Below, piece by piece: positions 6,626 to 17,700 of a stretch of DNA of 20,000 bases. This stretch comes from an uncultured virus (IMG/VR IMGVR_UViG_3300026549_001205) (taxonomy: Duplodnaviria > Heunggongvirae > Uroviricota > Caudoviricetes). The notes beneath the pieces are model-generated. The model saw nothing but the letters and a program-made list of their open reading frames with translations. It did not search any database and had not been told where the DNA came from. The translations under genes and the position numbers were made by a program. The stretch is from the IMG/VR virus record IMGVR_UViG_3300026549_001205. The stretch is one strand, 5' to 3'. Positions within the stretch are counted from its first letter, which is position 1; the number at the start of each line of letters is the position of its first letter.

Positions 6626-8653
6626 TTATTCGATCCCCAGTGCCTTGATTACAGTATCCTCCGGGCTGCTGTAGAACGATATCTGGAACTTTGCAAACAG
6701 CTCTGCTGGCACCGTCGGTATATCTGCCGCGCTGCTCATCGGAATCAGTATCCTTTTCGCTCCGGCATCAAATGCAACCTGAAGCGTAGAAGCCAATTCC
6801 TCGACTTTATTGACGGTCCCGCCGATACTCATAGATCCCAGTACACACAGCTGCGGCAATACCGGCTTATCGAGCGCAACGCTGCAATAGGCGACCATCG
6901 CCGGCAGCGATACATTGCTTGAAAGACCCACACCCTGGCAATCCTGAATAGCCATGATGTAATCCTTGTTATCCGTAGAGATTGATGCACTGATCTGCTT
7001 GGCATTTGCCCGGAAATAATTCTGAGCGGTCTTTACAGACTCCTTCGTCTCCTTAGCACTCTGCATGCCTGTGACGTCAAATTTTCCGCTACCGTTCGTT
7101 ATAGTAGCTTCGAACTTGAACAGGCCCATCATGCCGTTCGTTCCATTGCAAACGGTGTAGACATGCCCAGGCTTTCCCAGACCTTCCGGAATCAGCTTGC
7201 CGCCGCCCTGCTCAAGAACCGGAACGGAAACCTCTTCCATGTTGTCATTGCGGATATAGCTGAACTGCACATCGTAAAATTCCATTCCGCCGATCTTCTT
7301 CAACTGCTCCTTGACCCTGCGGCGTCCTTCAATGGCGTACTTCAGGATCTCCTCCATCTGGTCTTCCGTGTATTTTTCGTCCGGATAGATGAGCTTAGTA
7401 AGTCCGGATACCATCTTCCTTACGGCAATCGTGTCACGCTGGTTCAGGCACCTACCGAGCTTAAAATATTTATCAAAAGCATCCGTCTCTGGTACCTTAC
7501 GCATCTCCCGCATCCATTCTGCAAGGTAATCCGAGATGAAGCCATAGTTATCAGTAAAGTACTCAGGCCTCATCTTCGGGATTTCCCAGCCGGGAATATA
7601 GCAGTGCATACGGTCAAAGAATGCACTATCGATCATGGCTGTCGGGAACGGTTCAAACAGGTGCGATGTCTTAAGCAGATAATCCACACTCTGATTGATA
7701 TTTCCCACAAATACCATCGAGGCATTCGCTTGAATGGCATCCTTGCCGCGGGCAAAGGATCCTGACGCCATGTAGTCCTTCATGATCTGCACGCCGTCCT
7801 TGTCCTTAAAATTGATGCCAGCGACCTCATCAAAAGCCACTACATCCCAGAGACCAACCAGGCCGACCTGCCGTCTGCCCATGTTATAGAAGAGGTTAGC
7901 GACAGTTGTCTGTCCTCCTGAAATAAGGATAGAGTTCGGTGAGAGTTCCTTGTATATATGCGATTTGCCGGTTCCCCGAGGGCCCAGTTCGCAGATATTG
8001 ACGTTATTTTCTACAAGCGGAACAAGTCTTGCGAGCAGGTGCCACTTTACACGATAATCAAACTGTGTCGGCTCCATACCGCAGGAGCGCAGGAGCAGGT
8101 CTATCCACTCTTCCTTCGTAAACTGGCTCCTAGCCTCGATGATCTCGTTCTTGTCCAGGTTGGGCATCTGAATAGGTGTGATCTCACTTATTACGAATGG
8201 GCTCTTTTTCTTTTCATCCTCATCGTAGAAATACGTCAGATCAACGATGCACCAGATACCTCCAGCAAGAAGTTTTTCATATTCCCGGATATACTTCGGA
8301 TGAACATAGAGTCCCTTGATTCCGAGGAAGAGGAAGTCCGCCTCATACTGATCCGTATGCTCATTCAACTTGACGCTGACCTTGTCAATGACAGTATGAT
8401 TGCCCTCTTCCTTGATCCTTGCCTTGATCTGCTCAGCTTCATCCGGACGAACATAATTGTCCGACAGGATTCGCTTCACTTGCTCGATGCCTGCTTCCAC
8501 CTCGGCTTCATCATCAGAGGTGCAGTAATTTCCAAGAAGATACTCAAGGACATATGTAGGCACATTAGCACTGTCCTTGATCTTCTTCGTCGCCCCCTTC
8601 GGGACCACTCTTCCGGAGAAGATCTCAAATACTTTCTTATCTAACTGATCCAT
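6626..8653 (-). CDS. brxL: BREX BrxL (MCM-like AAA+ ATPase with Lon-like C-terminal domain)
   Basis: 675 aa. NVPTYVLEYLLG, ELGPRGTGKSH (Walker A), GLVGLWDVVAFDEV, MKDYMASGSFARG, DSAFFDRMHCYIPGWE. Located after pglZ. Confidence 0.95.
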   Translation of the reverse strand: MDQLDKKVFEIFSGRVVPKGATKKIKDSANVPTYVLEYLLGNYCTSDDEAEVEAGIEQVKRILSDNYVRPDEAEQIKARIKEEGNHTVIDKVSVKLNEHTDQYEADFLFLGIKGLYVHPKYIREYEKLLAGGIWCIVDLTYFYDEDEKKKSPFVISEITPIQMPNLDKNEIIEARSQFTKEEWIDLLLRSCGMEPTQFDYRVKWHLLARLVPLVENNVNICELGPRGTGKSHIYKELSPNSILISGGQTTVANLFYNMGRRQVGLVGLWDVVAFDEVAGINFKDKDGVQIMKDYMASGSFARGKDAIQANASMVFVGNINQSVDYLLKTSHLFEPFPTAMIDSAFFDRMHCYIPGWEIPKMRPEYFTDNYGFISDYLAEWMREMRKVPETDAFDKYFKLGRCLNQRDTIAVRKMVSGLTKLIYPDEKYTEDQMEEILKYAIEGRRRVKEQLKKIGGMEFYDVQFSYIRNDNMEEVSVPVLEQGGGKLIPEGLGKPGHVYTVCNGTNGMMGLFKFEATITNGSGKFDVTGMQSAKETKESVKTAQNYFRANAKQISASISTDNKDYIMAIQDCQGVGLSSNVSLPAMVAYCSVALDKPVLPQLCVLGSMSIGGTVNKVEELASTLQVAFDAGAKRILIPMSSAADIPTVPAELFAKFQISFYSSPEDTVIKALGIE

Positions 8654-8667
8654 TGTCTACGCCTCCA

Positions 8668-11193
8668 TCAGAACATCTTGAACTGCAGGATGTCTACTGT
8701 GAACTGTTCCTTCTCGATGTACTCATCCGGCTTTTCAATATTCCGTAATATCAGGTAATAGCGCTTGCTTCGATCAAATTCAATATTCATCAGGTTAAAG
8801 CGAATCTTCGTGCTCCTGGAATCCACATCGTCACTTTCTGAAGCTGCAACGAAACGATATTCGCCGGAAACTTTGTTTCCGTCCTCATCCACCAGATAAG
8901 TCTCACAGGTGATCGCCTGCTTCCGTTCCTCAATCTTCTCATACTGTTCGAACTCAAGCGTAAAGCTCCTATTCGTAATCTTCCTTGTAATGCTCTTGAG
9001 ACGGACGCCTACCGGTGTCACATCTTCCTTGCCCTTCGCTGCAGATAGTTCTCCGATATGAATGACCGGAACAATTGTCTCCTGCAGGGACGGACCGCCA
9101 TGAACATACTGCAGGCCGCTGCCTTGGGTCTTAAATAGATCGTAGCCATAAGGCGTGATGATCTTATATTCTCCATCTGATACTTCCGGCAACGGAAATT
9201 CGACTGTATACGGAATCTGCATCGATTTATCATCAGTCAGTACAAAGCGCTTGGATGCCTCTATAGCATGCAGCGACATGACATTGCTGTATTTCTGCGA
9301 CTCCTCGATCTCATTTCTCCGATACATGAAGCCATGATCGGCTGTTACATAAAAATTGGAGATCTGCAGGCTGTTGTACAGTTTCCTGATAAGCAGCAGG
9401 ATCTCATTCACTGCTGTCCCGGCTACGTCGAAGACCTTACTTTCGTTATGTTCGCCGGCTTCATCCACAACATTGTGGTAAATGTAGACAAGTGATTTAT
9501 CCGCCATATAGCTGCGGAGCTCCGCACGAGACATCTTGTTGATCTTTTCGTAGCGAATCGCGGCATAAGATTCCTTCTTAGCCTTAAGCACAGCATCTCT
9601 GGCATTCGTATCAACAGTAGACTGTGAATCCACCATGACCAGTTTATTGACATAGGTCATAAGCCTGTGGGGAAGGAGGGAGGCCATACCGAACCTTGTC
9701 TCTGAAGGAAGCGGTGATACTGCATAGTTGATCTCTTCCGTTCCCTTAAGGATCGTATCCGCCTTGATCTTCTCGAAGAGGTCATGGCCTATCTCATAGC
9801 GCAATCCATCAGAGATGATGACGAAACACTTCTTGTAATTCTTGTTCTGCACTTCCTGGTAGAAGTCATTAGACGTCTTTATGCCAGTGAACTTCCACGC
9901 ACCTTGCTCTTTCAGCGCATCGCTGTATGCCTTGCCGAGAGGATCGAGGAACTTCGCCTGATATGTGGATTCTACTAAGCTGAGAAGATCCTCCATCTCA
10001 GGGATCGGAACCTCTATCTTATTGAAATTGGCACAGATTCTTCTGTAGTAGGTATCTACCAGATACCAGGAATCTGCATAATTCTTCACATATTCCGTAG
10101 CCAGAAGTCCTGTCGGGATCGTCTTCTCTATCTTCTTTAAGAACGCCATGACCGAGCTGAGAATCTCATACTCTGCCTGATGCGTCTCATACCACATGGA
10201 ATTGAGTCTGTATGAGATAACCCTCTCGAAGGAATCATAATCCAGGCTGCCGTTCACAAGGCTTGCAGAAATCTTCTTGATGATGTCACTGTCGATGCAC
10301 TCGAAAATGTCTGCTTCCTGTACACAGGTGATATCCCTTGCCACAAGCAGACCCTCAATCTTCAGATCAATAGCAATATCTCGCTGCAGATCCTTGTACC
10401 GTTTATCCTGCTTGATTTTATCTACGAAGAACTTGGCGTCCATTTTCCCAGGTCCATCTATCTGATATTGCTGATAGAAGGACGGCAGGTCGCCAAAATC
10501 TGCCCGCTGCTCGAGAAGAGCTGTGAACATGAACTTCTTCGTGAGTGTGCTGATCTTCTGGTCGCCTTCGTAGTTATAGTACTTGCAGATTTCATCCCAG
10601 AGATATTCTTCAAAGCCGAACTTCTTAAGGTCCGCGTATTTAGTACCATCGGTATCAAAAACAAGCTCCGTCAGAACGCTCTCGATGGATCTGGATGCCG
10701 CCTTAACCAGGACGCACATCATAGCCATTCGAAGGTCGCTGGACGCCATAGAGTCGTTCACCTCAATATAATTACCCAGTTTCTTTGTTCTTCCCTCGGC
10801 ATCAAAGAACTTCGCATGCCATTCGATTACACGACGCAGATCCGTATTCGTAAGGCCGAGCCTTCGCATAGTCAGCGCTACGGTATCCGCATAATATTCC
10901 TCGCTATACATCAGCACATCCAAAAGCCAGTTCTCTTTATCTGCCGGCTTCTCATGCGGAATATAGATCAGATAGTTTGAATCAGTATCGTCGTGCTCAA
11001 GCGTCTTCTTGACCGCAAACTCATTCTTATCACAGACGAGCACCTTGCAGCAGTCATAGTTGTCCTGCGTAATGTCGTCCTTAAAATTTACCGGCGGATC
11101 ATACCAGAATATTATCTTCCTGCTGCTTCCTTCGTTTTCCTGAAACAGCCTGATGATTTCCTTTCTGGCTTCCTGATAATCTATACTTGCCAT
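8668..11193 (-). CDS. pglZ: BREX PglZ (alkaline-phosphatase-superfamily phosphodiesterase/nuclease)
   Basis: 841 aa. RKIIFWYD, ENWLLDV, VIISDGLRYE, LPSETRFGMASLLP, VYIYHN.VD..G, TADHGF, YVHGG.SLQE. Confidence 0.95.
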   Translation of the reverse strand: MASIDYQEARKEIIRLFQENEGSSRKIIFWYDPPVNFKDDITQDNYDCCKVLVCDKNEFAVKKTLEHDDTDSNYLIYIPHEKPADKENWLLDVLMYSEEYYADTVALTMRRLGLTNTDLRRVIEWHAKFFDAEGRTKKLGNYIEVNDSMASSDLRMAMMCVLVKAASRSIESVLTELVFDTDGTKYADLKKFGFEEYLWDEICKYYNYEGDQKISTLTKKFMFTALLEQRADFGDLPSFYQQYQIDGPGKMDAKFFVDKIKQDKRYKDLQRDIAIDLKIEGLLVARDITCVQEADIFECIDSDIIKKISASLVNGSLDYDSFERVISYRLNSMWYETHQAEYEILSSVMAFLKKIEKTIPTGLLATEYVKNYADSWYLVDTYYRRICANFNKIEVPIPEMEDLLSLVESTYQAKFLDPLGKAYSDALKEQGAWKFTGIKTSNDFYQEVQNKNYKKCFVIISDGLRYEIGHDLFEKIKADTILKGTEEINYAVSPLPSETRFGMASLLPHRLMTYVNKLVMVDSQSTVDTNARDAVLKAKKESYAAIRYEKINKMSRAELRSYMADKSLVYIYHNVVDEAGEHNESKVFDVAGTAVNEILLLIRKLYNSLQISNFYVTADHGFMYRRNEIEESQKYSNVMSLHAIEASKRFVLTDDKSMQIPYTVEFPLPEVSDGEYKIITPYGYDLFKTQGSGLQYVHGGPSLQETIVPVIHIGELSAAKGKEDVTPVGVRLKSITRKITNRSFTLEFEQYEKIEERKQAITCETYLVDEDGNKVSGEYRFVAASESDDVDSRSTKIRFNLMNIEFDRSKRYYLILRNIEKPDEYIEKEQFTVDILQFKMF

Positions 11194-11206
11194 TCGCTGT
11201 TTCTCC

Positions 11207-14200
11207 TTACTTCAAGGGTACGAGCAGGTCTTTCTTCACCTTGGTCCCGCTGTCCGTTACAAGTTCCACGCCCTGGAACTTAGCGTAGTTTTCCTTAACA
11301 CCATCATCCAGGTCGATCTTGATGTACTGGTTTGCCATGTGATCGAGGACCTGACCGTATTCGATTGCTTCGTTATATGCTGCTGCCAGGTTCTGACGCT
11401 CTTTTTCAAGACGAGTCTTGTCTCTCCCCTCGGCCTTGGCAATCTGACCATTCAACTCATCCAGTTCATTCTTCTTACGTGTGGATTCCGGCAGATAATA
11501 CTTCGCATTGATTCTGGCAAGTGTGTCCTCGTTATAGCGATGCATGTAAATCACGCACTTGAATCCAGCCTTCTTACCGCTGGAGAACATCCAGTAAATT
11601 GGACGTTTCTGATAAATTTTCAGATGATCCGGATAAAAGCCATCGTTCAGATACCTGTTCAAAGTCTCCTCTGAGGACTCATTATTATTCTTGCCAAGAG
11701 CCTCAGCGATAAAGTCGATATTCTGACGATAGGTATCCTCACCGTATATCACCTTGATGAGCCTGATAATCTTTGTCGTCAGACCATCTTCCATTCCTAA
11801 CTTTGTATAGATAGGAACAATGCCGTCATCATCCGGCTGATATGAAACATACTTCGATGCATCCCAGTCACCGCCGGCATAGGCAAGTCCGTCGACATCA
11901 AGAGAATAGCGCCCCATTACGATTCCGATGAGATAGGAAATTAGAGAGCGGATGTCGCGTTCCTTATCTGCAAGGCGAACTGTAACATCCTTGTCTTCAA
12001 CCTCCGGAGTCAGCTCATCCTGCAGGCCATAGATATCGATAAAGATACGGTTCAGTTCCTCCTCATTGGACTTCAGTTTATCAAAGCGATTCTGACAAGC
12101 CTTTTCCCAAGCCTGATAAAAAGAAGAAACATATTTCTTTCCGTCATCTATAACGCCGAAAACAAGCGGATGTTTCTTAAAGTTCCAGGAATATTCTGCG
12201 GTATCCCAGTCTGTTTTTGATAAAAGCAAGTTCTCTGAGACTAATTCTTCAACCTCATTTTTATGTGAAATATCCTTTTTAAATGGTATTCGCTCTATAT
12301 CCCAGTTGGTAAAACTCATTGTTGGATTAAATGCTGCGAGATAATAACTCGACACATTTGAGCAAAGAAAACCTAACAGGAACGTTTGCCATTCTTTTTC
12401 TGAAATAAATATAGATCTGCTGGTATCATCAAAAATAAACCCCGGCGCTTTATACTTCACTGCGAAACGGACGGAACTAAGCTTATTCCAGGTAAGGCCT
12501 TCCTTGAAATAGTAATTTGTATTCTGCGGTCTAGCGGCTAGTTTTCCTCTTGCATTTTTATAGTGTTTTATCCTATAGCCGTTGTTTTCCCAGTCGACTA
12601 CCATTTCATTATTAAATGACCACTTCCTAAATGTTCCTCCACTATTACAGGGATACCATTTATAGGGGAGTTTTTCTGTGTCCTCACATTTGCTTGCATT
12701 AAATCCTATGGTCGGCAAATTGATTTCAAACCAAAATCTTTCAAAGATGTCATTATTCCCTGTTGCAAGACCAGCTTTAGGAGAAGCAAAGTCATTTAAT
12801 ATTTCCCCATCTTTGAATGCTTCAGCAAAAATTTTTCCGCCCCAATAAATATAAGGGGCTCCTGGAATATTTTGGAAACGGTTCTGGCTGACAAAATACC
12901 TATGCTTTCCGGATAAAAATTCTCTTCTCTTTCCTTCTTCGCTAGGTTCATCTACAAGTCGTACAAACGAGCCTACATATTCTTTGTCAATTTTATTTCT
13001 AAATACAAATGTAGCGGTTTGAACTACTTCCCCATTTATTGTTTCAAAAGCATGCGCACCAAGTTGAGCCAATGTCACAACGTTTCTATTTCGAAGTAGT
13101 GTCTCTCGTAAATCTATAAAGCTCGAAGTGAACATCCATGCCTGCATGTTAATCATGGATAGAAAACCATTTGTTTTTACAAAATTGGTTTCCATGAACA
13201 TTGCAAACATGTCCACCTTACTATTCGGATATTCTTTCGCCGCATAATCACTTACCACTCCCTCCATTGAAGAAATCGGTCTATATGGTGGGTTCGTGAT
13301 CATTACGTCATATTTAGCCGACAACACCTCTGCCAGCGCTGCTAGTTCTTTCAGTCGTTTCACCCCATAGCTCAGAAACTCCGTATTGAATATACTCGGA
13401 ACAGCCTTCTTATCGATCTTCTCTAATGCTCCGTCAAGGCATGTGAAGTCAATCGACTTTACCTTCAGCAAAGAACCGATAGTCTTACCCTCTTCGAAGG
13501 TATCTACCAGATAGTCAATATGCTTGGTCTCCGTGTCGTTCAGTAGATCAAGATCCTTGACCTGCTTCCTGTATCCCATATCCTTCAGCAGCTTGGAATC
13601 CTTCAGTTCATAGACATGAGGAGCCACATAATACTTCTCATCAAAGAAACGGTTATTGACACTTCTGGCCTTCATGATCAAGGAGAAAGACGCGAGCTGC
13701 ACTGCACGCTTGTCGACATCAAGTCCAGTGAGATTCTTCGTCAGAATCAGTGTCGGGATATCTCTCTTCTGATATCCGCGCTCCTCATACATCGCATACA
13801 GAAGGTCAAATACATATACAAGGATATGTCCTGACCCACAGCACGGTTCAATGATCCGAATATCTTCCGGATTCACATTCTTATAACGGATCTCTTCGAG
13901 CTTCTTCTGCACCTCAGGCTTCTGCTCCGCATCCTCGACATAATATTTCATTCTGGACTTGAGAGAAGAATTCGGATAGCTTTCAAGCCATAATCTTCCC
14001 ACGGAGTTCTGCGCCATATAGCGAACGATCCAGTCAGGTGTAAAGAGCTGCGTTACCGCCGGAAGCGTATATTTTGTGATGGTCTTCTTGGATGCGTAGA
14101 CAGCGTCCTTCTTGGATGAAATGTAGAACTGATACATCCAGCCGATGATCTCTATATCCTCGAGAAAAGCCTCCTCCGGAATCTCGACCAGCTCTGTCAG

Positions 14201-14773
14201 AACCGTCTCGCCCTTCAGAAGTGTATTCGGAAGCAACAGATCGATATAGGAATAATCCGTACTGAACAGCATCGGAAGGATGCCGGACAGCGCATTACAC
14301 TGACGGAGCAGTACGTAACGGTACAGCTCCTCGATCTTGCCCTGCTGCTTATATTCGTTACAGATGTTCATATCCAGCTTCAGTTCACCGGCTACGAGAT
14401 TCAGGTTCTTCAGAATTTCCGGTTCAATGCCTCCGCCCGGATTTGACAGGACCCGGAAGCCATGTGGAAGAAAACCGTGTACTTCCATGAAACGTAAAGC
14501 CACGAAACGGTTGAACCAGGTGTAAGCAAATTCTTCTATGACATTCCTGTATCCCATACGGTCTACAAGATTGACGATATAGTTTCTCTTGCCCAGCATG
14601 TCGCCCGGATATGACGTAGGGTCACCCTCGATTACTGTGAAGTCTCCGACCTTTTCTGCTTTTTTGATTTCCGTATCACTGTTTATCCCCAGCGCCTTCA
14701 GAGAAACCTCGATCTGCTGCTCGAGGTTCTCCTTTGCCCATGTGGAATAAGTCTGTAAAATTCTCTTATCCAT
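11207..14773 (-). CDS. pglX: BREX PglX/BrxX N6-adenine DNA methyltransferase
   Basis: 1188 aa. AYTWFNRFVALRFME, TQLFTPDWIVRYM, motif I EPCCGSGHIL, motif IV NPPY, YQKRPIYW, IDLDDGVKENY. Confidence 0.95.
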   Translation of the reverse strand: MDKRILQTYSTWAKENLEQQIEVSLKALGINSDTEIKKAEKVGDFTVIEGDPTSYPGDMLGKRNYIVNLVDRMGYRNVIEEFAYTWFNRFVALRFMEVHGFLPHGFRVLSNPGGGIEPEILKNLNLVAGELKLDMNICNEYKQQGKIEELYRYVLLRQCNALSGILPMLFSTDYSYIDLLLPNTLLKGETVLTELVEIPEEAFLEDIEIIGWMYQFYISSKKDAVYASKKTITKYTLPAVTQLFTPDWIVRYMAQNSVGRLWLESYPNSSLKSRMKYYVEDAEQKPEVQKKLEEIRYKNVNPEDIRIIEPCCGSGHILVYVFDLLYAMYEERGYQKRDIPTLILTKNLTGLDVDKRAVQLASFSLIMKARSVNNRFFDEKYYVAPHVYELKDSKLLKDMGYRKQVKDLDLLNDTETKHIDYLVDTFEEGKTIGSLLKVKSIDFTCLDGALEKIDKKAVPSIFNTEFLSYGVKRLKELAALAEVLSAKYDVMITNPPYRPISSMEGVVSDYAAKEYPNSKVDMFAMFMETNFVKTNGFLSMINMQAWMFTSSFIDLRETLLRNRNVVTLAQLGAHAFETINGEVVQTATFVFRNKIDKEYVGSFVRLVDEPSEEGKRREFLSGKHRYFVSQNRFQNIPGAPYIYWGGKIFAEAFKDGEILNDFASPKAGLATGNNDIFERFWFEINLPTIGFNASKCEDTEKLPYKWYPCNSGGTFRKWSFNNEMVVDWENNGYRIKHYKNARGKLAARPQNTNYYFKEGLTWNKLSSVRFAVKYKAPGFIFDDTSRSIFISEKEWQTFLLGFLCSNVSSYYLAAFNPTMSFTNWDIERIPFKKDISHKNEVEELVSENLLLSKTDWDTAEYSWNFKKHPLVFGVIDDGKKYVSSFYQAWEKACQNRFDKLKSNEEELNRIFIDIYGLQDELTPEVEDKDVTVRLADKERDIRSLISYLIGIVMGRYSLDVDGLAYAGGDWDASKYVSYQPDDDGIVPIYTKLGMEDGLTTKIIRLIKVIYGEDTYRQNIDFIAEALGKNNNESSEETLNRYLNDGFYPDHLKIYQKRPIYWMFSSGKKAGFKCVIYMHRYNEDTLARINAKYYLPESTRKKNELDELNGQIAKAEGRDKTRLEKERQNLAAAYNEAIEYGQVLDHMANQYIKIDLDDGVKENYAKFQGVELVTDSGTKVKKDLLVPLK

Positions 14774-14784
14774 TCCGCTACTCC

Positions 14785-17700
14785 TTATCCGAGGTCGATT
14801 TCATCGTTGCCTTCAAGTTCCGAGAGAAGCTTCTGCCGGATTGCATCTACGACCTTCTCAACATCATCTCTGGATGTAACTTTCTTGTTGATGGTAGGCA
14901 CGCACTCAATAATACGAATATGTTTGATACGAACTGATGGCTCTCCACCCTCATTCATAACATCCGTAATAAACCTGCGGAAACCACTGACTGTACCTGC
15001 ACTTGCGGTTACGTAGGAATCCATATTCGAGGTCTGCACTGTCAGAGAATCAAGCCATCCGCTGTACTGATCGGCAATTTCATCGGCCTTCGCCTGCAGA
15101 CGGTCTTTCTGTTCGTCGTTAAGGTCTGCCTTCAGTGCTTCCAAGAGCTCTCTGCTGACGGTATCTCTGTCGGCTTCGATTCTCTGCTTTATCGCCTTCA
15201 GCTTGTCTTCGATGATCTCCGCCTTGACCGTACTTGCCTGGAATACAAGATTGGCAAGATCATTCATTCTGGTGAACGGCATCTCCATACCGATGATTTC
15301 GTTCATCTGGGTAACGATTGGCTCCAGTTTGGAAAGATCCTGCAGCGAGCAGTTCTGAGCGTACCATTCGCAGATCTTCTTGCCGTCCTGATAATTCTTC
15401 TGCTGATTGCTGCCATCCTTATAGAAAGCCTCAAGCTGCTCAAGAGTCTCTGCGTTGTCCTCAAGGTTGTCCTTCCTCGCAATGATCTCATTGAAGACTG
15501 ACAGCGTATCGGAACTGTGGAGGATGGCATCAAAGTCCTTGTAGATTTCTGCTGCCACTGTGCATCCGGCGTATGATGATCCGTATTTCTGCTTCAGGCC
15601 GCTCAGGAAGTCACGTTTCCTAGTAAAGAATGCGATCACACCTTCCTTAAGCTTTGTTTCTTCCAGAGGGATATTCTCGGAGTAGACATCGTTCATAATC
15701 CTCTTTACAGAATAAAGAACCTGTTCATCAATCTTCACCTGCAGGCGGACTACCATCGTGTCTGTGTTGGTCTTGTGTACAAGGTCGTTCTTAAAGGAGC
15801 TGTTCCGCTCATCCACTTCGTTATCGTGAATAAGGATCTGGATCTTGTGATGCTTCCAGAGCACTCCGACCATTCCCTGGATATCGATATCACGCCAGCC
15901 GTAAGGCTTCTTGGTGAAGAAATCCAGTAAGCTCTTGACTGTCACCTTCCTATGCAGACCAAGGTCATCCTTAATCTTGCCGCAGATCTCGTCATAGGCA
16001 TTCTTATTGACATCTCCAGAGAGATCATCACCTGTGAGGGTCATCTGGTTATCATTCAGCATCGTAAGGATGCTTCTCTGGTCCTGGTAGAAATAAGACA
16101 CGAGGGAAAGCTTGAAATAGTCGTGTCCAACCATTTCCTTCAACGCATCCTGCAAGCGATCCTTGCCATCCTTCTGCTTGATATCGATCCTGGCACCGGA
16201 CAGATAGATCGGTGCTGTCCTGAGAGATGCACGGATAATATCCTCCGCACGTTTCAGACGGTCGGAGTACTCTGCAGACTTCTTGCTCATGATCTCTGTA
16301 AGAGCTGCAGACATCGATGCACTGTTGTTTCTCTTGAATGTCGCGATTTTATTGGCGCGAATAAGCTCATCGATAAATGATCCTTCCGTAAGATCCACAA
16401 CGATCGAATTCGAGCGTACGGATTCAGCACCGAATTCTGTATCCTGACGAAGCCCGGAGAAGTTCGTCATCACCTTGATCGTGATGTGTTCCTGGCTGAA
16501 GGCTCCTTTTATCTCGTCATCGACGTAGCGGTTCAGGCCGAAATCATAACGGCCCTCATACCTGTATTTATTACTTTCGAGCACCTTATCGTAGATGATG
16601 TCAAAGATAGTCCTCTTGACTTCCCCTTCGTTATAGGCGGAGTTAATGATCTGACGGTTTACATCCTGTTCAGCGTTCGTAAGGAAGTCGTACTCGTCAC
16701 CATTCTTCTGGATGAGTGTCTCCTCCTCAAGCTGCTGCAGCGCATTGAGGATCTTACTCTTAAGCGCTGCCTTGTCGGCATTGATGTTGTCGACCATCAG
16801 TGTCGCAAGCCTGTCGATCGTCGCCGGCATTTCCTTGACATGCTTGATCATGAAGAGGACACGCAGAACTCTGATGGCGAAGGCATCGAGACTTGTCCGT
16901 CTCTCAGCATTTGAGAATACGGTCTTGATATCGTAATCGATAAATTCCTCGATGGTGGAATAGAAACTGTCAAACGGAACCAGGATTCCTGATTCCTGAT
17001 CAGCGACAGCTTTAGCTGAATTCTGGAAGGCTGACAAGAGAGAACGCTCATTCTGTGACAAATGGCGACCTTCACTCATGCCGTGTTCACGAATCGCTTC
17101 AAATACCTTCTGCAAGAGTTCAAACTGATAGGACACGAACGGATATACGTCCTTAAACTCTTCTGCATCTTTATATCCGGACCATGTCGGCTTCGCCTGG
17201 AACAGGATCAGATTTGAAAGTTTACTGCTGTTGGCGTCAAAGACTGCCTTAAGAGGTGTCGCAGCCTCATCCTTCTTCTCAAGGATACGGCGCTTGATGA
17301 CCTCATCGGCATTGGCGCCGGAAAGAAGAAGTCTGGTATCAAAGCGTCCCTGGATCTTCGAGAAGTCCTGCTGCTTATCGGACGTCGCGTCGATCATGGC
17401 CTTCAGTTCCTGCTGTGAGGTGACGACTACCCATGCCTGGCCACGTGCAAACTTACCGAGATCCTCAACACAGGTCTGCAGATTCAGCATCAGCTGCGTG
17501 TTATCACCGATGAACTGACCAACCTCATCCATAAGGAAGATGACTCTGGTCTTATTCTTACGGCAGTATTCATCTACAATCTTGGCAAATTCCTCTGTCG
17601 TATTCGTAAAGTTGCGGGTCTGATCCTCGATAAACTTCTTAGCGCTCTCCTCGCTCATTCCACGTGATGCAACAAGAGCCTTAATGATATAGTCACGGTT

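Noticed and set aside
11207..14773. Invertible (shufflon-type) pglX phase variation
   Set aside because: No second pglX fragment, recombinase gene or flanking inverted repeats were seen in the window.
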